The position numbers were made by a program, and so were the translations under genes. The notes under the pieces were generated by a model that did no database searches, was not told where the DNA came from, and worked only from the letters and a program-made list of their open reading frames with translations. Below, in pieces: positions 44,763-58,296 of a DNA stretch of 64,000 nucleotides (within the stretch, counting starts at the first letter, position 1; the number at the start of each line of letters is the position of its first letter). The DNA lies in assembly GCF_006345805.1 (NCBI RefSeq), contig NC_042997.1, positions 117,738,001-117,802,000 on the forward strand. Reading direction: 5' to 3'. This DNA comes from Octopus sinensis (taxonomy: Eukaryota).

Positions 44763-47700
44763 CACATACACACGACAGGCTTCTTTCAGTTTCGATCTAC
44801 CCAATCCACTCACAAGGCTTTGGTTGGCCCAAGGTTAGAGTAGAAGACACTCAACTAATATACCATGCTGTGGGTCTGAAACAGGAACCATGTGGAAGGG
44901 AAGCAAACTGCTTACATACAATTCTTGCTATTTTCCAGGGTTTACTCCTATTGTAAGCACCTTTCAACATGAGCTCTCATTTTTCACCCAGCCTATATCA
45001 TCCATCCATATTACATGGATATCAATATTCCCCTTTCACCAAAATCATTTAACATTCAGGTTCCATACTGACATTTGATGCTCAGCTGTTTTATAAACTT
45101 TCAATTAGACCCCTTTCACAACCTGTACTCAACTCCTGGCTCTCGTACACAATCCACAACTAATATCTTTTACAGTGAGCCAATGAAGGAGCCTAAGCAT
45201 ACGTGCTCAAACTGCTAGAAATAGTAGTCAAGTTTCACTCAAATCTCACCTAAAGAGTGGTTGTGTAGTAAGAAGTATGCTTCCCAACATGGTTCTGTGT
45301 TCAGTTCCACTGCATGGCACTTTGGGCAAGTGTCTTCTACTATAGCATCAGGCCAACCAAAGCCTTGTGAGTGGATTTGGTAGATGGAAACTGAAAGAAG
45401 TCTGTCATACGTATGTGTATATATATGTGTGAGTGTGTGTGTTCAGACCGGCCACCATCACTTGACAACCAATGTTGGTGTGTTTATGTCCCTATAACTT
45501 AGTGGTTCAGCAAAAAAGATTGATAGAATAAGTACAAGGTTTACAAAGAATAAGTCCTGGGATCACTTTGTTTGACTAAAGGCAGTGCTCCAGCATGTCC
45601 ACAGTCTGATGACTGAAACAAGTCAAAGGAGGAGAAAGGACGAAAAAGCATCTTAAAGCTAAAAGAATACATGAGATGTGATTATAGATCTGTGGTTCTC
45701 AGGATCCACATGGCCCTTGGGGATGCATATAAGATTTTGTCATTAAAATTTACCTGCAATACATTGGTTATACTTCCACAGTAGACAAAATATTTTAACA
45801 ATTCTTTTATACAATTCCGAATAATATTTCATAATAAAAAAATATTTTTTTAAACATTGAATGGCTACGAGAGTCTGTCCAAGTAAAATAGCAAAACCAA
45901 GGGACCCACAGGAAAAAAAATAGTTGAGAAGCACTGCATAGGAATACAGCATCTGAAAATAAGACTATATAGCCATGGCTAGATTGTCTTGTCTGAACAA
46001 ACGCAAGATCAAAAGGTATTCAAACAGTAAACATAACATCTTTTTCTTTTTTAAGGCAGAACCACCTTATGAATCCTTCCAATTTCATGAGGGAAATTTG
46101 ATGGTTATTTCTAGTAGATTGACTGACAGCACAGCCTTAGTATATAGTACACAGTAAATAAGTCTGTTAGCTCAGTGAGTGTACTAATACAGAACACAAA
46201 TAGCAAGAAGATACTTTTAACGTTACTTGCTGTGACTGACCTTGATTTTGATACAACTGAATAAGTTCTGGAGCTTGTAGTACAAAGAAAAGTATGCTTG
46301 AGTATGTATGTGTGTGTTTCAATGAAGGTTAACAAAGACTATACTAGCTTCATATTTAGAGAGAAGGTGGAGTGAACTATGTAACATCACAGCTTCTTTC
46401 CTTATTGGTAGTTCGTCAGTGGGGGGAAGCTGAAATGCATAACCTACTGCATTTTTCACAGTATTATATAATTCTTGTTTAGCTCTCATTAAGCAGACCA
46501 GTAACAAAGGTACTTCAGTGTTGACCATTCAGTCTTTTCGCATACTTATCAGAATGATCATCATCATCATCATTTAACAAACACTTTCCATGCTGGCATG
46601 GGTTGGACAGTTTGACTGAGGACTGGCAAGCCTATAGGCTACACCAGGCTCCAATCTGATCTCTCAAGGTTTCTACAGCTGGATGCCCTTCTTAACGCCA
46701 ATCACTCAGAGTGTAGTGGATGCTTTTTATGTGCCACCGGCACAGGAGCCAATCAAGAGGCACTGGTATTGACCATGTTTGAATGGGGCTTTTACATGCC
46801 ACCAGCATGGAAGCCAGTCAGGGGGCACTGGCATCAACAACATTCAATGCATTTACTAAGATGGTTCAATAGGGGGAGGGTTAATGACATTTTTGAAGGG
46901 TTAAACATAGCAGCTTCTTCATGTGAATGCATTCTATAATCCAGTCTTATCTTCCAAGTATATGTCCTAATTAAATTAATTACTCACAGAAAGAAAGTAA
47001 ACAAATGAGAAAGCTTGTATGAGGTGACATTCGTTTGCACAAGCCAAGTGAAATCGTAGTTGTGGCCAATGCCGATGTCACATAACTGGCACCTGTGCTG
47101 GTGACAGATAAAAAGCACCATTCGAGTACTGGACCTCACAGAGGTAATGTAGCCAATGCCAGTGTCACAGAACTGGTACCCGTGCCAGTGGTATGTAAAA
47201 AGCACCATTCGAGCATTGAGCCTCACTGAGGCAATGTAGCCAATGCTGGTATCACATAATTGGCATCCATGTTGGTGGCACATAAAAGTACCCATTACAC
47301 TCTTACAGCAGTTGGCATTAAGAAGGGCATCTAGCCATAGAAACCATGTCAAATCAGACTGGATTCTGGTGCAGCCTTCCAGCTTACCAGCCCGTGTCAA
47401 ACCATCCAACCCATGCCAGCATGGGCAACAGACATTAAATGATGATGATGATGTGATGTTAAGACACACACATGCTAAACTAGGAGTTGTATGGTGGCAA
47501 TCAGCTTCCTGAAAAAACTTCTTTTGATTTCAACATGGGATGAGGTGTGTAACTTACAATGTTAATAAACTCATTTTATATATTGTCTATCTTTTGTCAT
47601 CTTTATTAGCTGCATACATGCTCAAAGCTTACTAACTTTCTAAATTTGAATCACTGGCTCGTACATCCCCTGGGCAGCTGATTCCCACTACAGAACATAC

Positions 47701-48371
47701 TTTATTTTCTCTCCCCAAATCATTGTCAAATCTGTTGAGCCTATATCTGAGGTTTACACAAGAATATTCCTGACTGGCTCCTGTGCTGGTGACACGTAAA
47801 AAGCACCCACTACACTCTCAGAGTGGCTGGCATAAGGAAGGGCATCCAACTGTAGAACCCTTGCCAAATCAGATTGGAGCCTGATGCAGCCTCCCAGCTT
47901 GCCAGTCCTCAGACAAACCATCCAACCCATGCTAGCATGGAAAGTGGACGTTCAACGATGATGATGATTCCACCAATATTCTTTCATAGATGTGAATAAT
48001 TCTTCCATATCACTAACTTCTTAACTTCACGACTATCTTTTCAAGGGATTACATCAGGTTTTGGGCCATAACATCAGGTCCCATGAATGCACACAGGTTT
48101 CTTGTTTTCAAAATGACAAGAGGTGTTTGAATCAAGACAGCTCCAGGGATTTGTGACTATGTGCATTAACATACACATGTATAGGTGTATGTGTGGATAT
48201 ACTTGTACTAATGTAATGGATAGGCATGTAACACAAAAGTGTATGATTACATATATATGCATGTTCATTTCTTGATCTTCTATGTAAATGAAGATATTTC
48301 CTTTGTTTTACTGCTTTGCTTTCTATGAAATGATAAGATACACTGCGGAACTGTTATTTCAACGAGTTGTG

Positions 48372-48489
48372 TATTTATCACCTGATGAGACATCTGCACT
48401 GCCTGATGCTCCTGAACCAGTTATTAAGTGTACCACTCGTGAGAGATCGATCGATGCTGGATGTGTCAAAACAATTGTTGCGATAAATA
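48372..48489 (+). ncRNA. Type I hammerhead ribozyme, degenerate (G12->A)
   Basis: UAUUUAUCAC-CUGAUGA-GACA...UGUC-AAAAC-AAUU-GUU-GCGAUAAAUA: 9/10-bp stem I, stem II, palindromic stem III ACAAUUGU, GUU cleavage triplet. Confidence 0.8.
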
Positions 48490-49370
48490 AATTCTCATAA
48501 ATTCCATTTACCATATATATATATATGACAAAAGACCAAGACCTCTGGAGGTATGCTGTGACTGAGAAGACCCAGCAAATAAAGTGAGTCCACAGCTGTA
48601 ATCTACACCAGTGTCGCATAACCAACCCACTCAAAAGTACCTTGGATCACAGGGCGACATGCCATGCTCGAGACATCAACATCAAATCAAATAGAAATTG
48701 TAGTTGTGAGTCCCATGCCAGTAGCATGTAAAAAGCACCATCCAAATGTGGCTGATGCCAGCTCCTCTGGCCCCTGTGCCAGTGGTACATGAAAAGCACC
48801 CACTACACTCTCGGAGTGGTTGGCATAAGGAAGGACATCCAGCTGTAGAAACACTGCCAGATTAGACTGGGGCCTGGTGCAGCTTCCCAGACCCCAGTCG
48901 AACTGTCCAACCCATGCCAGCATGGAAAACGGACGTTAAACGATGATGATGATGATGATATACACACACTACATTCATAAACAATTGCATGTTTATGTTC
49001 ATTTCAGAAGCACAGACAGAAGAACATTTAGAAAGTTTTACCAATTTTCACTGAACCACTGATCAACTGCATTTGGAAAATTGGAATCAATTTGCTGTGT
49101 TCTTTCTTGTAAAATCACAATGTGGCTAGGCACATCTAGGCAAATCTATTGTAACACAAACAAGTGCATCTATGATATAATCAGTACAAATGACAATCTA
49201 TAGCCTGGATGCAAGCACTCCAAGCTCTGCACTTTTCCACAACTTTAGATGAGGATTTTACATTCTTTAGGCAGCTGACCTCTACAATAGTGCATGACAT
49301 ATGTGCGAATGTATTTATGCATTTATGTGTGCATGTGTATGTGTAATGTAAATAACATTCTGGTTTCCAC

Positions 49371-49800
49371 TCTTCTTCTTGTCTTGAGACAGCATTCACC
49401 CGGGGTGAGTTGAGCTGGCTTCATTCATCCTCAATGCTGCATCTCTCACAAATGCCGACCAGGCCTGGCGATTTGAGGCTAACGACCGCGCGATCTCCAA
49501 CCACTCCCTATTCCAGCAGCAAACGCCATAGACATGGGGGCCCTAGGTTGGGTTCCAGATCAGCCTTGACTGTCATCAGCCAGGTTTTTTGTTGTCCACC
49601 ACATTGCTTTCACCAACCCTAAAGGGGAGCTGGGGCAATTGCTTCATAGATGAATTCACCTGGTTGACGACGGAGGGCATGACCCAGCCAACGCAGACAT
49701 CTTGTTAGGATGACTTGTCGGAGTGAGGTGATTTTGCACTGGTGTCGCACCGAATTGTTGGAGACAAAGTGATGCCATCTATTCTGGCTTCCACGTGATA
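49371..49800 (-). mobile_element. RTE-clade LINE 3' fragment (third RTE family)
   Basis: Minus strand: RCLRWLGHALRR...GGQQKTWLMTVKADLEP.LGP, (frameshift) WNREWLEIARSLASNRQAWSAFVRDA...THPG*, tail caagacaagaagaag. Confidence 0.82.
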
Positions 49801-52724
49801 AAGTAAATCACAGTAGCTGAGCCAATCAAGTATTTTGAGCTTTTAGAATGTAACGTGACATCCAACCTTTATTTGAAACGGTTGTTGGTTTCCCTTGTTT
49901 AACCCTAGGTCAGTCCTGACTGAACAGACCTGTGACATCCCAATCATGCCCAATTGTTAGAGAGTCTAGCCAGTGAGTCCTTTCTTTATGATGCTAGGAT
50001 ATGATCTGACTTGACCGCTATTTCTAGCAAGTTAAGAACTATGTAGAAGCTCCCTCATTGGTTTATTTGAAGCCATGGTTTGCATGTGCACTAGTAAAAT
50101 AAGTTTAAAACCAAAACCCTCCATGGCCAAATGTAGGCATATATTTATATTTTTGAAAATTAGCTTCTAATAATTACTGTATTTTCCCTTTTATCTTTTA
50201 TTTATTTGTTATTAGACTATGGCCATGCTAGAGCACTACCTTGAAGAATTTTTAGTCAAATGAATATCAACGCCAGCACATTTTTTTTAAAGCCAGGTTC
50301 TCATTCTGTTGATCTCTTTTGCTGATGGAAACACACCAACACCAATTGTCAAGTGGTTGTGGGGGACAGAGACAAAAAGACACACACACACGCATATTTA
50401 TACATACAACAGGCTTCTTTCAGTTTCCGTCTACCAAATCCACTCACAAGGCTTTGGTCAGCCCAAGGCTATAGTAGAAGGAACTTGCCCAAGATACCAC
50501 ACAGTGGGACAGAACCCGGAAATGTGTGGTTGGGAAGCAAGCTTCTTACCACACAGCCACACCTACACCTATACTCATGTATAAGCCGTACTATTTTATA
50601 CTCATTTTTAACTGGAAAAACTTGAGTGTGACTTATACACAGAGCAAACTTAAAACTACGAGGAGAAAAAAAACTTGGTTCCAAAATTCAACACTAAATT
50701 ACAACCGCAACTTATACACAATACAGCATTTGTGAAATCCAAGTTTGATAAAAGGATCAAAGTTAGAAGTGATGACCTATTAGAATTACTCTGACTTTTA
50801 TGGCGGCACTATTTCTGTAATCAGTTCAGGGAAAGAAAAAAGAAAATTTTGAAAAGATTCTGGTGGGGAGTTTCCTGTAGTACAATGTAAACAAATAGTT
50901 CCTTTCTGTAGTTATACAAATACAACTAATATCAGTAAATTATCTTAAATATAGCTTTGTGTTTGGGTCGCAATCAGCTCCAATATCATATACAAGATCA
51001 CATCATTAAATTGAAGGTTTATTGACATAGGCTTATCACTTGGACTACAGAACAAGTTCAGTTTAACTTGAAACAAAAAGGCAGCTAACTGACATTGAGA
51101 GAAAATAGCAAGAACAGAAGGATAAAAGTACAACTGAAAAGGTCAGGCAAGGCTATGATACACTTCAAGTGATGAACTGGAAATATCACAGCTGAAAAAA
51201 AATAAATAAATAAATAAAACAGGCCTTCAAAAGAACAACTTTAAGAAAGAAAATTATCTTTTGGCCCGAGGCTATAGTAGAAGACACTTACCCAAGGTGC
51301 CATGCAGTGGGACTGAACCCAGAACCATGTGGTTGGTAAGGAGAGATAATAATAATAATTAATTCCTAATTCAATTCTCTTACATGATATTTTTTCTTTT
51401 ATTTGCTTCAGTCATTTGACTGCAGCCATGCTGGAGTACCGCCTTTAGTCGAACAAATCAATCCCAGGACTTATTCTTTTCGTAAGCCTAGTACTTATTT
51501 TATCAGTCTCTTTTGCTGAACAACTAAGTTGTGGGTATGTAAACACACCAACATCGGTTGTCAAGTGGTGAGTGGACGAACACACACATATAAATAGGAT
51601 GGGTTTCTTTTATTTCTGTCAGCCAAATCCAAACACAAGGCTTTGGTCGGCCCAAGGCTAGAGTAGAAGACGCTTGCCCAAGGTGCCACGCAGCGGGACT
51701 GAACCCGGAATCATGAGGTTGGTAAGCAAGCTACTTACCACAGAGCCACCCTTGCACCTATTGGACTGTGGCCATACTGGGATACCACCTTGAAAAATTT
51801 AGTGGAACAAACTGACCCTTAGTACTTTTTTTAAAGCCTAGTACTTATTCTATTGCAGAACCACTAAGTTATCTGAATGTGAACAAACTAACACCAGCTG
51901 CTAAGCTGTGGTGGGAGACAACAAAGATACACACACACACACATTGAATGCAGTTTCTGCCTACCAAATTTACTCACAAAGTATTGTTAAGCCAAGGATA
52001 TAGCAGAAGACACTTGTCCAAGGTCCCATGCAATGGGACTGAACTTGAAACTATGTGGCAACAAAGCCAGCTTTTTAACCACACAGCCATGCCTGCACCT
52101 ATGTGTATTATACTTGAATGCACTCTCAATGCATTTTTCATGGACAAACATCAAGATAAAGCTACATCTGTCCAATTAAGTTTCCTGATATTTTTCACAA
52201 GTACAGCAAATGGTTGAGGATCACAGATCTCTGTTGAAAAACTCAAGTATACAGAACAGCAGTAGTATATTTTTTGGTAAGAACAATCATTTATTGTTGC
52301 CTTCTTCATCACCACCACCATTTAACATCTGTTTTTCATACTGGCATGGGTTGGACAGTTTGACTGGACCTGCAAGTGACAGGACTGTTCCAACCTGTCA
52401 GCTTTCTATGGTTTCAATGGCTTGATGCCCTTCCGAAAGCCAACAAATTTATATAGTGTACTGAGTGCTTTTTTATGTGGCATCAACATCCATCAGGGTC
52501 ATCATGTGGCCAATGTCAGGGACACATAAAAAGCACCTTTCAAGTACTGGGCCTGATGGAGGCAATGACAAATGACCAAGACCTTTGGCAATATACTGTA
52601 CTTGAGAAGAAGACCCATGAAGTCAATTGAAATCATAGTCATGGCAGATACTGGTGTCATGCATCCCATCTAACTCGCTAATTTGTTGGGCTATGATTCT
52701 CTCTGTAACTTTCATTACCTGTAA

Positions 52725-54233
52725 CTTTCATCAGAAATATGAGGCAGCTGCAGGTGAAATACAGAGCCAAAGATAAACCTCTGTACTTTGCCTTTGTTTG
52801 ACTTGGAGAAAGCCTTTGACAGAGTCCCTCGATCTCTTATCTGATGGTCAATGTGGAAACTAGGAATAGACGAGTGGTTGGTGACAGCTGTACAAGCCAT
52901 GTACAAGATGTTACCAGTAAGGTGAGGGTTAGCAATGAGTACAGCAAAGAATTCAGGGTACATGTAGGGGTTCACCAAGGATCAGTCTACATCACCCTCC
53001 TGTTCATTTTCCTGCAGGCAATAACAGAGGAATACAAGACAGGCTGTCCCTGGGAGCTCCTCTATGATGATGATGACCGTGTTCTTATAGCTGAATCACT
53101 ACCTGAACTAGAAAAGAAGTTCCAGGTATGGAAGCAAGGTCTAGAATCTAAGGGCCTTAAAGTTAACCTAGCAAAATCCAAAGTTTTAGTAAGTAGGAAG
53201 GCAGACAAATCACAAATCCCTTCAGGTGGATGGCCCTGCTCAATCTGTAGAAAAGTTGTAGGTAAAAACTCCATAAGGTGCACTCAATGTAAGCTTGGAT
53301 ACATAAAAGGTGCAGGGGAAGGTTAACAAGGAAAATATCTTTTGTATGCGAAAGATGCACAGGTACAATAAACGCTGAAAATGGGCAGAAAATAGACTCC
53401 ATCAACTGCCAGCAGGGCAAGCTAGAGGCAGTAGATAGCTTCTGTTATCTAGATGACCATGTTAGTAGTGGAGGTGGATGCTCCAAGAGCATAGCTACAA
53501 AGGGACTCTCTCTCAGAGTGAAAGGCAGATTGTTTGATGCCTGTGTGCAAACAGCTATGCTGCATGCCAGTGAAATATGGGCTGTGACAGCCAAGGATAT
53601 ACATAGGCTTGAAAGAAATGAAGCCAGTATGCTTCACTGGATGTGCAATGTCAGTGTGCATGTTTGACAGAGTGTAAGCATCTTGAGAGAATAGTCAGTC
53701 ATAAGAGACATCAGATGGAGTGTGCAAGAGACGACTGCGCTGGTATGGTCATGTTATGCGCATGGACGAGGTCAGCTGTGTAAAGAAGTGCCAATCTAAC
53801 TGTTGTAGAGGTAGGCCCAGGAAGAAATGGAACGAGGTGGTGAAGAATGATCTTCGAACTTTGAACCTCACAGAAGCAATGACTAATAACTGAGACCCTG
53901 TGCTGGTGGAATGTAAATACCTTTCAAGCATTGAGCCCCACAGATGCAAAGTGGCTGAGGTACTCTCGAGTGTTGGGCCTCACGGAGGCATGATCGAGAC
54001 CTTTGGCATTATGACTTGCTTGAGAAGAAGACCCATCAAGCCAAGCAAATTACATTTGTGGAAGTTACCGGTGTCATGCAAATTGGCACATAAAAGCACC
54101 CCAGTGTTATGCAAATGGCACGTAGAAAACCATGCTAAATAAGACTGGAGTCTGGCACAGCCTTCCAGTGTTCCAGCCCAGCAAACTGTCCAACCCATGC
54201 CAGCATGGACAACAGACATTAAATGATGGTGAG
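52725..54233 (+). mobile_element. Decayed RTE-like LINE: RT/C-terminus contiguous with its 3' UTR and (GAT)n tail
   Basis: YFAFVDLEKAFDRVPR, GVHQGS, LLY(D)DD, GLKVNLAKSK, a Cys cluster, RWYGHV, GRPRKKW, then UTR ending aacccatgccagcatgg...aaatgatg. Contains frameshifts and stops. Confidence 0.9.
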
Positions 54234-57200
54234 GTATCATCATTTTACGTCTGTGTTCCATGTTAGCATGGGTGGGACAGTACCACAAGAGCCGACCAGA
54301 CTGAAGCCTGCACCTTCGCAGAGACTGCTCATAAAGTAAAACTCGTAAAGCAGAGCAATAATTTTCCATAACAGCAATGCTATAAATTGTAATTTATTCC
54401 TAGAAATATATTTTACCTATAAATTTCATAATACTCGTAAATAGATGGCAATTTAACAACAGTAGAATATAAAGAAAATTTTTATGTAAAGTAAAAATAT
54501 AACTGTTTTCTGAATCACTTTCACTCATACAAGACTTGTGCACACCATCGTCGATTCACAAGCACTCGTAGACAGATATGTAGATTTCTTTGTAAAAAAC
54601 GTCTTGAGTTGTTTGTTTGCATAGCAGCCTTCTTTGCACTCTATAAATTTCTCAATCATACGCAGAGGCATTTGTTGTGGTAGTAGAAACTTTTGAACTG
54701 TCATTCAAAATTTGGATCTTGTGCTTGAAAAATAAAACTCGTTCTGAGTTCAAATTCCACTGAGGTCAACTTTACCTTTCATCCTTTCGGGGATGATAAA
54801 TTAAGTACCAGTTACGCACTGGGGTCGATGTAATCGACTTAATCCCTTTATCTCTCCTTGTTTGTCCCTTCTATGTTTAGCCCCTTGTGGGCAATAAAGA
54901 AATAACTACTTAAAATGGGGCACTACAAAAAGAAGGTTAACAAGTCTACACCAATTGGTTGCCGCACTTAGTCAATATTTCAATTTTTTCAAATACTCTT
55001 GACCTCTTTCTCATATCTGAAAACAAACATTAGCCAAACTATTAGTCTCTACCCCGATCATAACTTAACCAAGGCAACCCACACGATACTGTTTTATTAG
55101 CTAGCCCTTACATACCAAAACCTCTAGTATATCAAGTCGGCTAACCAGTCTCAAAGTTATGCCATTTCTCTTTTGATTAGCTTTCACAGCAAAAAGTGCT
55201 TCACCTCTGAAACAGCTAAGTAACTAAGACACACACCTCCCTAAGTTTGTCCCACCACATTCCACACGCAGCTTGGAAAAAAGTAGTTCAGTTGCAGCAG
55301 TACAGATAAAGAACACCCTCATCAACAGCTGGAGGGTATTCACTTACCTGTAAAAACAGTTTCAATGTTTTTTTTTCCTATCTCTCTTTATAACATCTGA
55401 AGTAGTTTTGGCTGCTATTTCTAACAAATGTACGACCATAAAAGGGATCTCATTGACCACCTACATATGAAATGAGCACCATTTTCGCTGGATCAGTCTC
55501 CAAACTACAGTTTCTACCACATCTCAAAATACCCTGAACTACCCAGCATACTACTTAGACACTAACTTTCTCATTCGCTCTACACAAACACAGAAAGCAC
55601 ATACATTAACTTAAAAAATACCAGCTCAAAAGCTTCACCTCTCGTATCTCAAATGTAGAATAACACCTTCAGATACTCCAGCCTCCCTCACAGCAACCAT
55701 TCCTACTTTCTCTGAAACCAGATTTTCTTTCCTACCACTATTCACCAATAGCCTCTTTCCATTGTGATCTTTGGTGAAAGCAGCAACAGTGCTGCTTTTG
55801 ACCTCAGAGAGGTCATTAAATCGAGTAGAACATCCTAAGGTAAATAGCTTACCGTTCAACTCACCTAATAACCTTTTCTTACCAGATTTTTGTTGAAATA
55901 CACTGCCCTAGTTTCAATTATTTTTTTTTAAATAATGAAGTATTTAGAAAAACATAACACTGTCAATAATTAAGCTGATAGTTGGAACATAAATTAACAC
56001 GACCATTTGATAAAAAAAAATGTTTTAATTAAGATCACTTTAAAGCAGGAAGTTTATATCATAGAACTAGGGGTTGTCTTTGGTGGGTTGGTATAAAAAG
56101 GGTCAAATCAGAAGTGTAGTTGGACCACAACATAACAACAAGTCATGGTGAGGTTATCTTTATTCTTCTTAGTATTCTTCAGGGTTCAACTATGTCACCC
56201 ATTCCCTTATGCAACTTCATGGCATTCTTACTATCACTTCCAACTGTAATCCTGTTGATAAAACTGAAAAATCCCAAACATACTAAAACAAAAATTTATT
56301 TTTTATAAGAAGACAAAAATCAATATCTACCAATAAATGGTAATGGCATCAAAAATTTTAAAGAATGTCTTCAAAAAAACTCGACTATACTGAAAAAACA
56401 TTCACCCTTTTGTTACTATATTTCTGATGAAATACACTGCCTCTGTTTCAATTTTGAAAACGAAGAATTTAGAGTTAAGGTGGGGCTTGGGACATAAGAT
56501 GGAATTTTGATGGAAGGTTTTAACTTAGATCAGTTTTAAAGAGGAAGCTAATTCGCCGAACCAAGTGTGGTCTAAAACAGGTTGATAATCAAAAGGGTTA
56601 AACTAATTATGATCAAAATGACAGTCACATCTACACTGAATAGTCAATCACCAATACAACATTTTAAAGATACTGGAAGGTACAACCCAAAGTCATAGGT
56701 CCAGTGGAGCAGTAGTTGTCACATTTGAACAGAATTCACCTTTATAAACTCTACTGTGATCAGCACCAAAATCTACAGAAACAAACTGGACAGGGGAGAG
56801 AATGCAGGCCTGGTGCTGACCTAGTCAGAGGTATGGTATATTCAGATTTATAGATCAAACTGAAGTATTCAGCTTACTACCAACATGCTTTAGGACTATT
56901 CAATCAAAGCTGACCTGAATGAAGTTAATGATGGTAATGGCAGTCAATATTCCAATCAAACCAAAGAAACTGTGTTTCTATTGATTTTTTTCAGACTTCT
57001 GATACTATTTATTTATGATGTAAAAAGATACCAATGCCAGCCTCACATTAAAAGCAACTATGCTGGCATCATGTAAAGAACACTTGTGCCAGCATCACAT
57101 AAATGCACCCAGTACACTTTATAAAATGGTTGGCATTAGGAAGGGCATTCAGACAGAAACCATATAAAAATAGACAGGAGCCTGATGCAGCCCTCCGGCT

Positions 57201-58296
57201 TGCTAGCTCCTGTCAAACCATCCAACCCATGCCAGCATGGAAAACAGATATTAAATGACGATGACAACAGCTGGCAAGAGCATCACCATTTTTTATTCTT
57301 TTCTTAGTGCCATACCAGAATTCAAACTCAGAATGCAGCAAGCTGGAAAAGATATTGCAAGGCATTCCATCTGACACTATAATGATTCCAAGTGAGGGTC
57401 AGTTTTTTACCTTCTTAAATTAACCCTAAAAAAACAAAAAGCAAAGTTGACCTTGCCTGGACTTGAAAATCAGAGCACAGAGAGAATTCTATACAACACA
57501 AACGAATCTGCCTATTCACCATCATGACCTGCAGCTACACAACAATCCATACAATAAGACTTCTAAATAAAATGCTATTTACATGGCACTATCACAGGTG
57601 CTTTTTACAGCAAAATATAATCTTAAAATACCCAAGTGAAGCTGAAAAGAAGATACTGCTGTCTAAGTTCAGTGATCCATAACCCTTTAGCATTTAAACC
57701 AGCCACTCTCGAAGTGGTTGGCGTTAGGAAGGGTATCAAGCTATAGAAACTCCGCCAGATCAGACTGGAGCCTGGTGCAGCCATCTGGTTCGCCAGACCT
57801 CAGTCAAATCGTCCAACCCATGCTAGCATGGAAAGCGGACGTTAAATGATGATGATATCTGGTCAAAATATTCTACCTATTTTATGTCCAAACCAGCCAG
57901 ATCCAGCAACTTACACCTACCCTTCAATGTCATTCTAAAAATGAATAATAATGACAACAAAGCCTTAAAGTTACAAGTTAATGCATGATTAATTCAAAAC
58001 AATGTGAATAATTATTACATTTGAAAGAGTAATCTGAGTGTTGAAAGGTTAAAGAAAAAAATGGAGCTTCTAGACAGTTCTTAAATGTACCATCTACCAA
58101 ATACACTTGGGAAGCAAGCCAACAAGAGATCTTTTACATAATATTTCAACCTATGAGAAACAGCAGCCAAATTCCTTCAGATCACAGACTTAAGAGGAAT
58201 ATAATATTGAAAAATATAGCCCTAGATCAGGGGTTCAGCAAACTTCTTATATCATTGACCCCTTGGTGGAATAGTTGATAATTTATTGACCCTTAA

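Noticed and set aside
44184-44956. Several 117-173 aa ORFs rich in Y/I/H/T or C/V/M
   Set aside because: They are translations of the TA/TACA microsatellite, which lacks stops in several frames.
45606-45619. CTGATGACTGAAAC, a hammerhead-core-like string
   Set aside because: No stem II or stem I; it is a variant of the SINE tail cagtcaaatgactgaaac.
45690-45936. Fourth hAT-like MITE
   Set aside because: The ends resemble the family but no TSD could be matched, so it is not listed as a feature.
48359-48634. ORFs on both strands over 48288-48634 as candidate SBNO1 first exon
   Set aside because: No splice signals in phase with exon A; the region is better explained by the hammerhead unit.
55342-55440. 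Strong CAG|GTAAGT donor as a possible SBNO1 5' exon
   Set aside because: The upstream ATG is followed by an immediate stop and no convincing acceptor was found; it cannot be supported without transcripts.
55635-55859. 74-aa minus-strand ORF in C-rich DNA, possibly a retroelement relic
   Set aside because: No recognisable RT, endonuclease or GIY-YIG motif in any frame I read.
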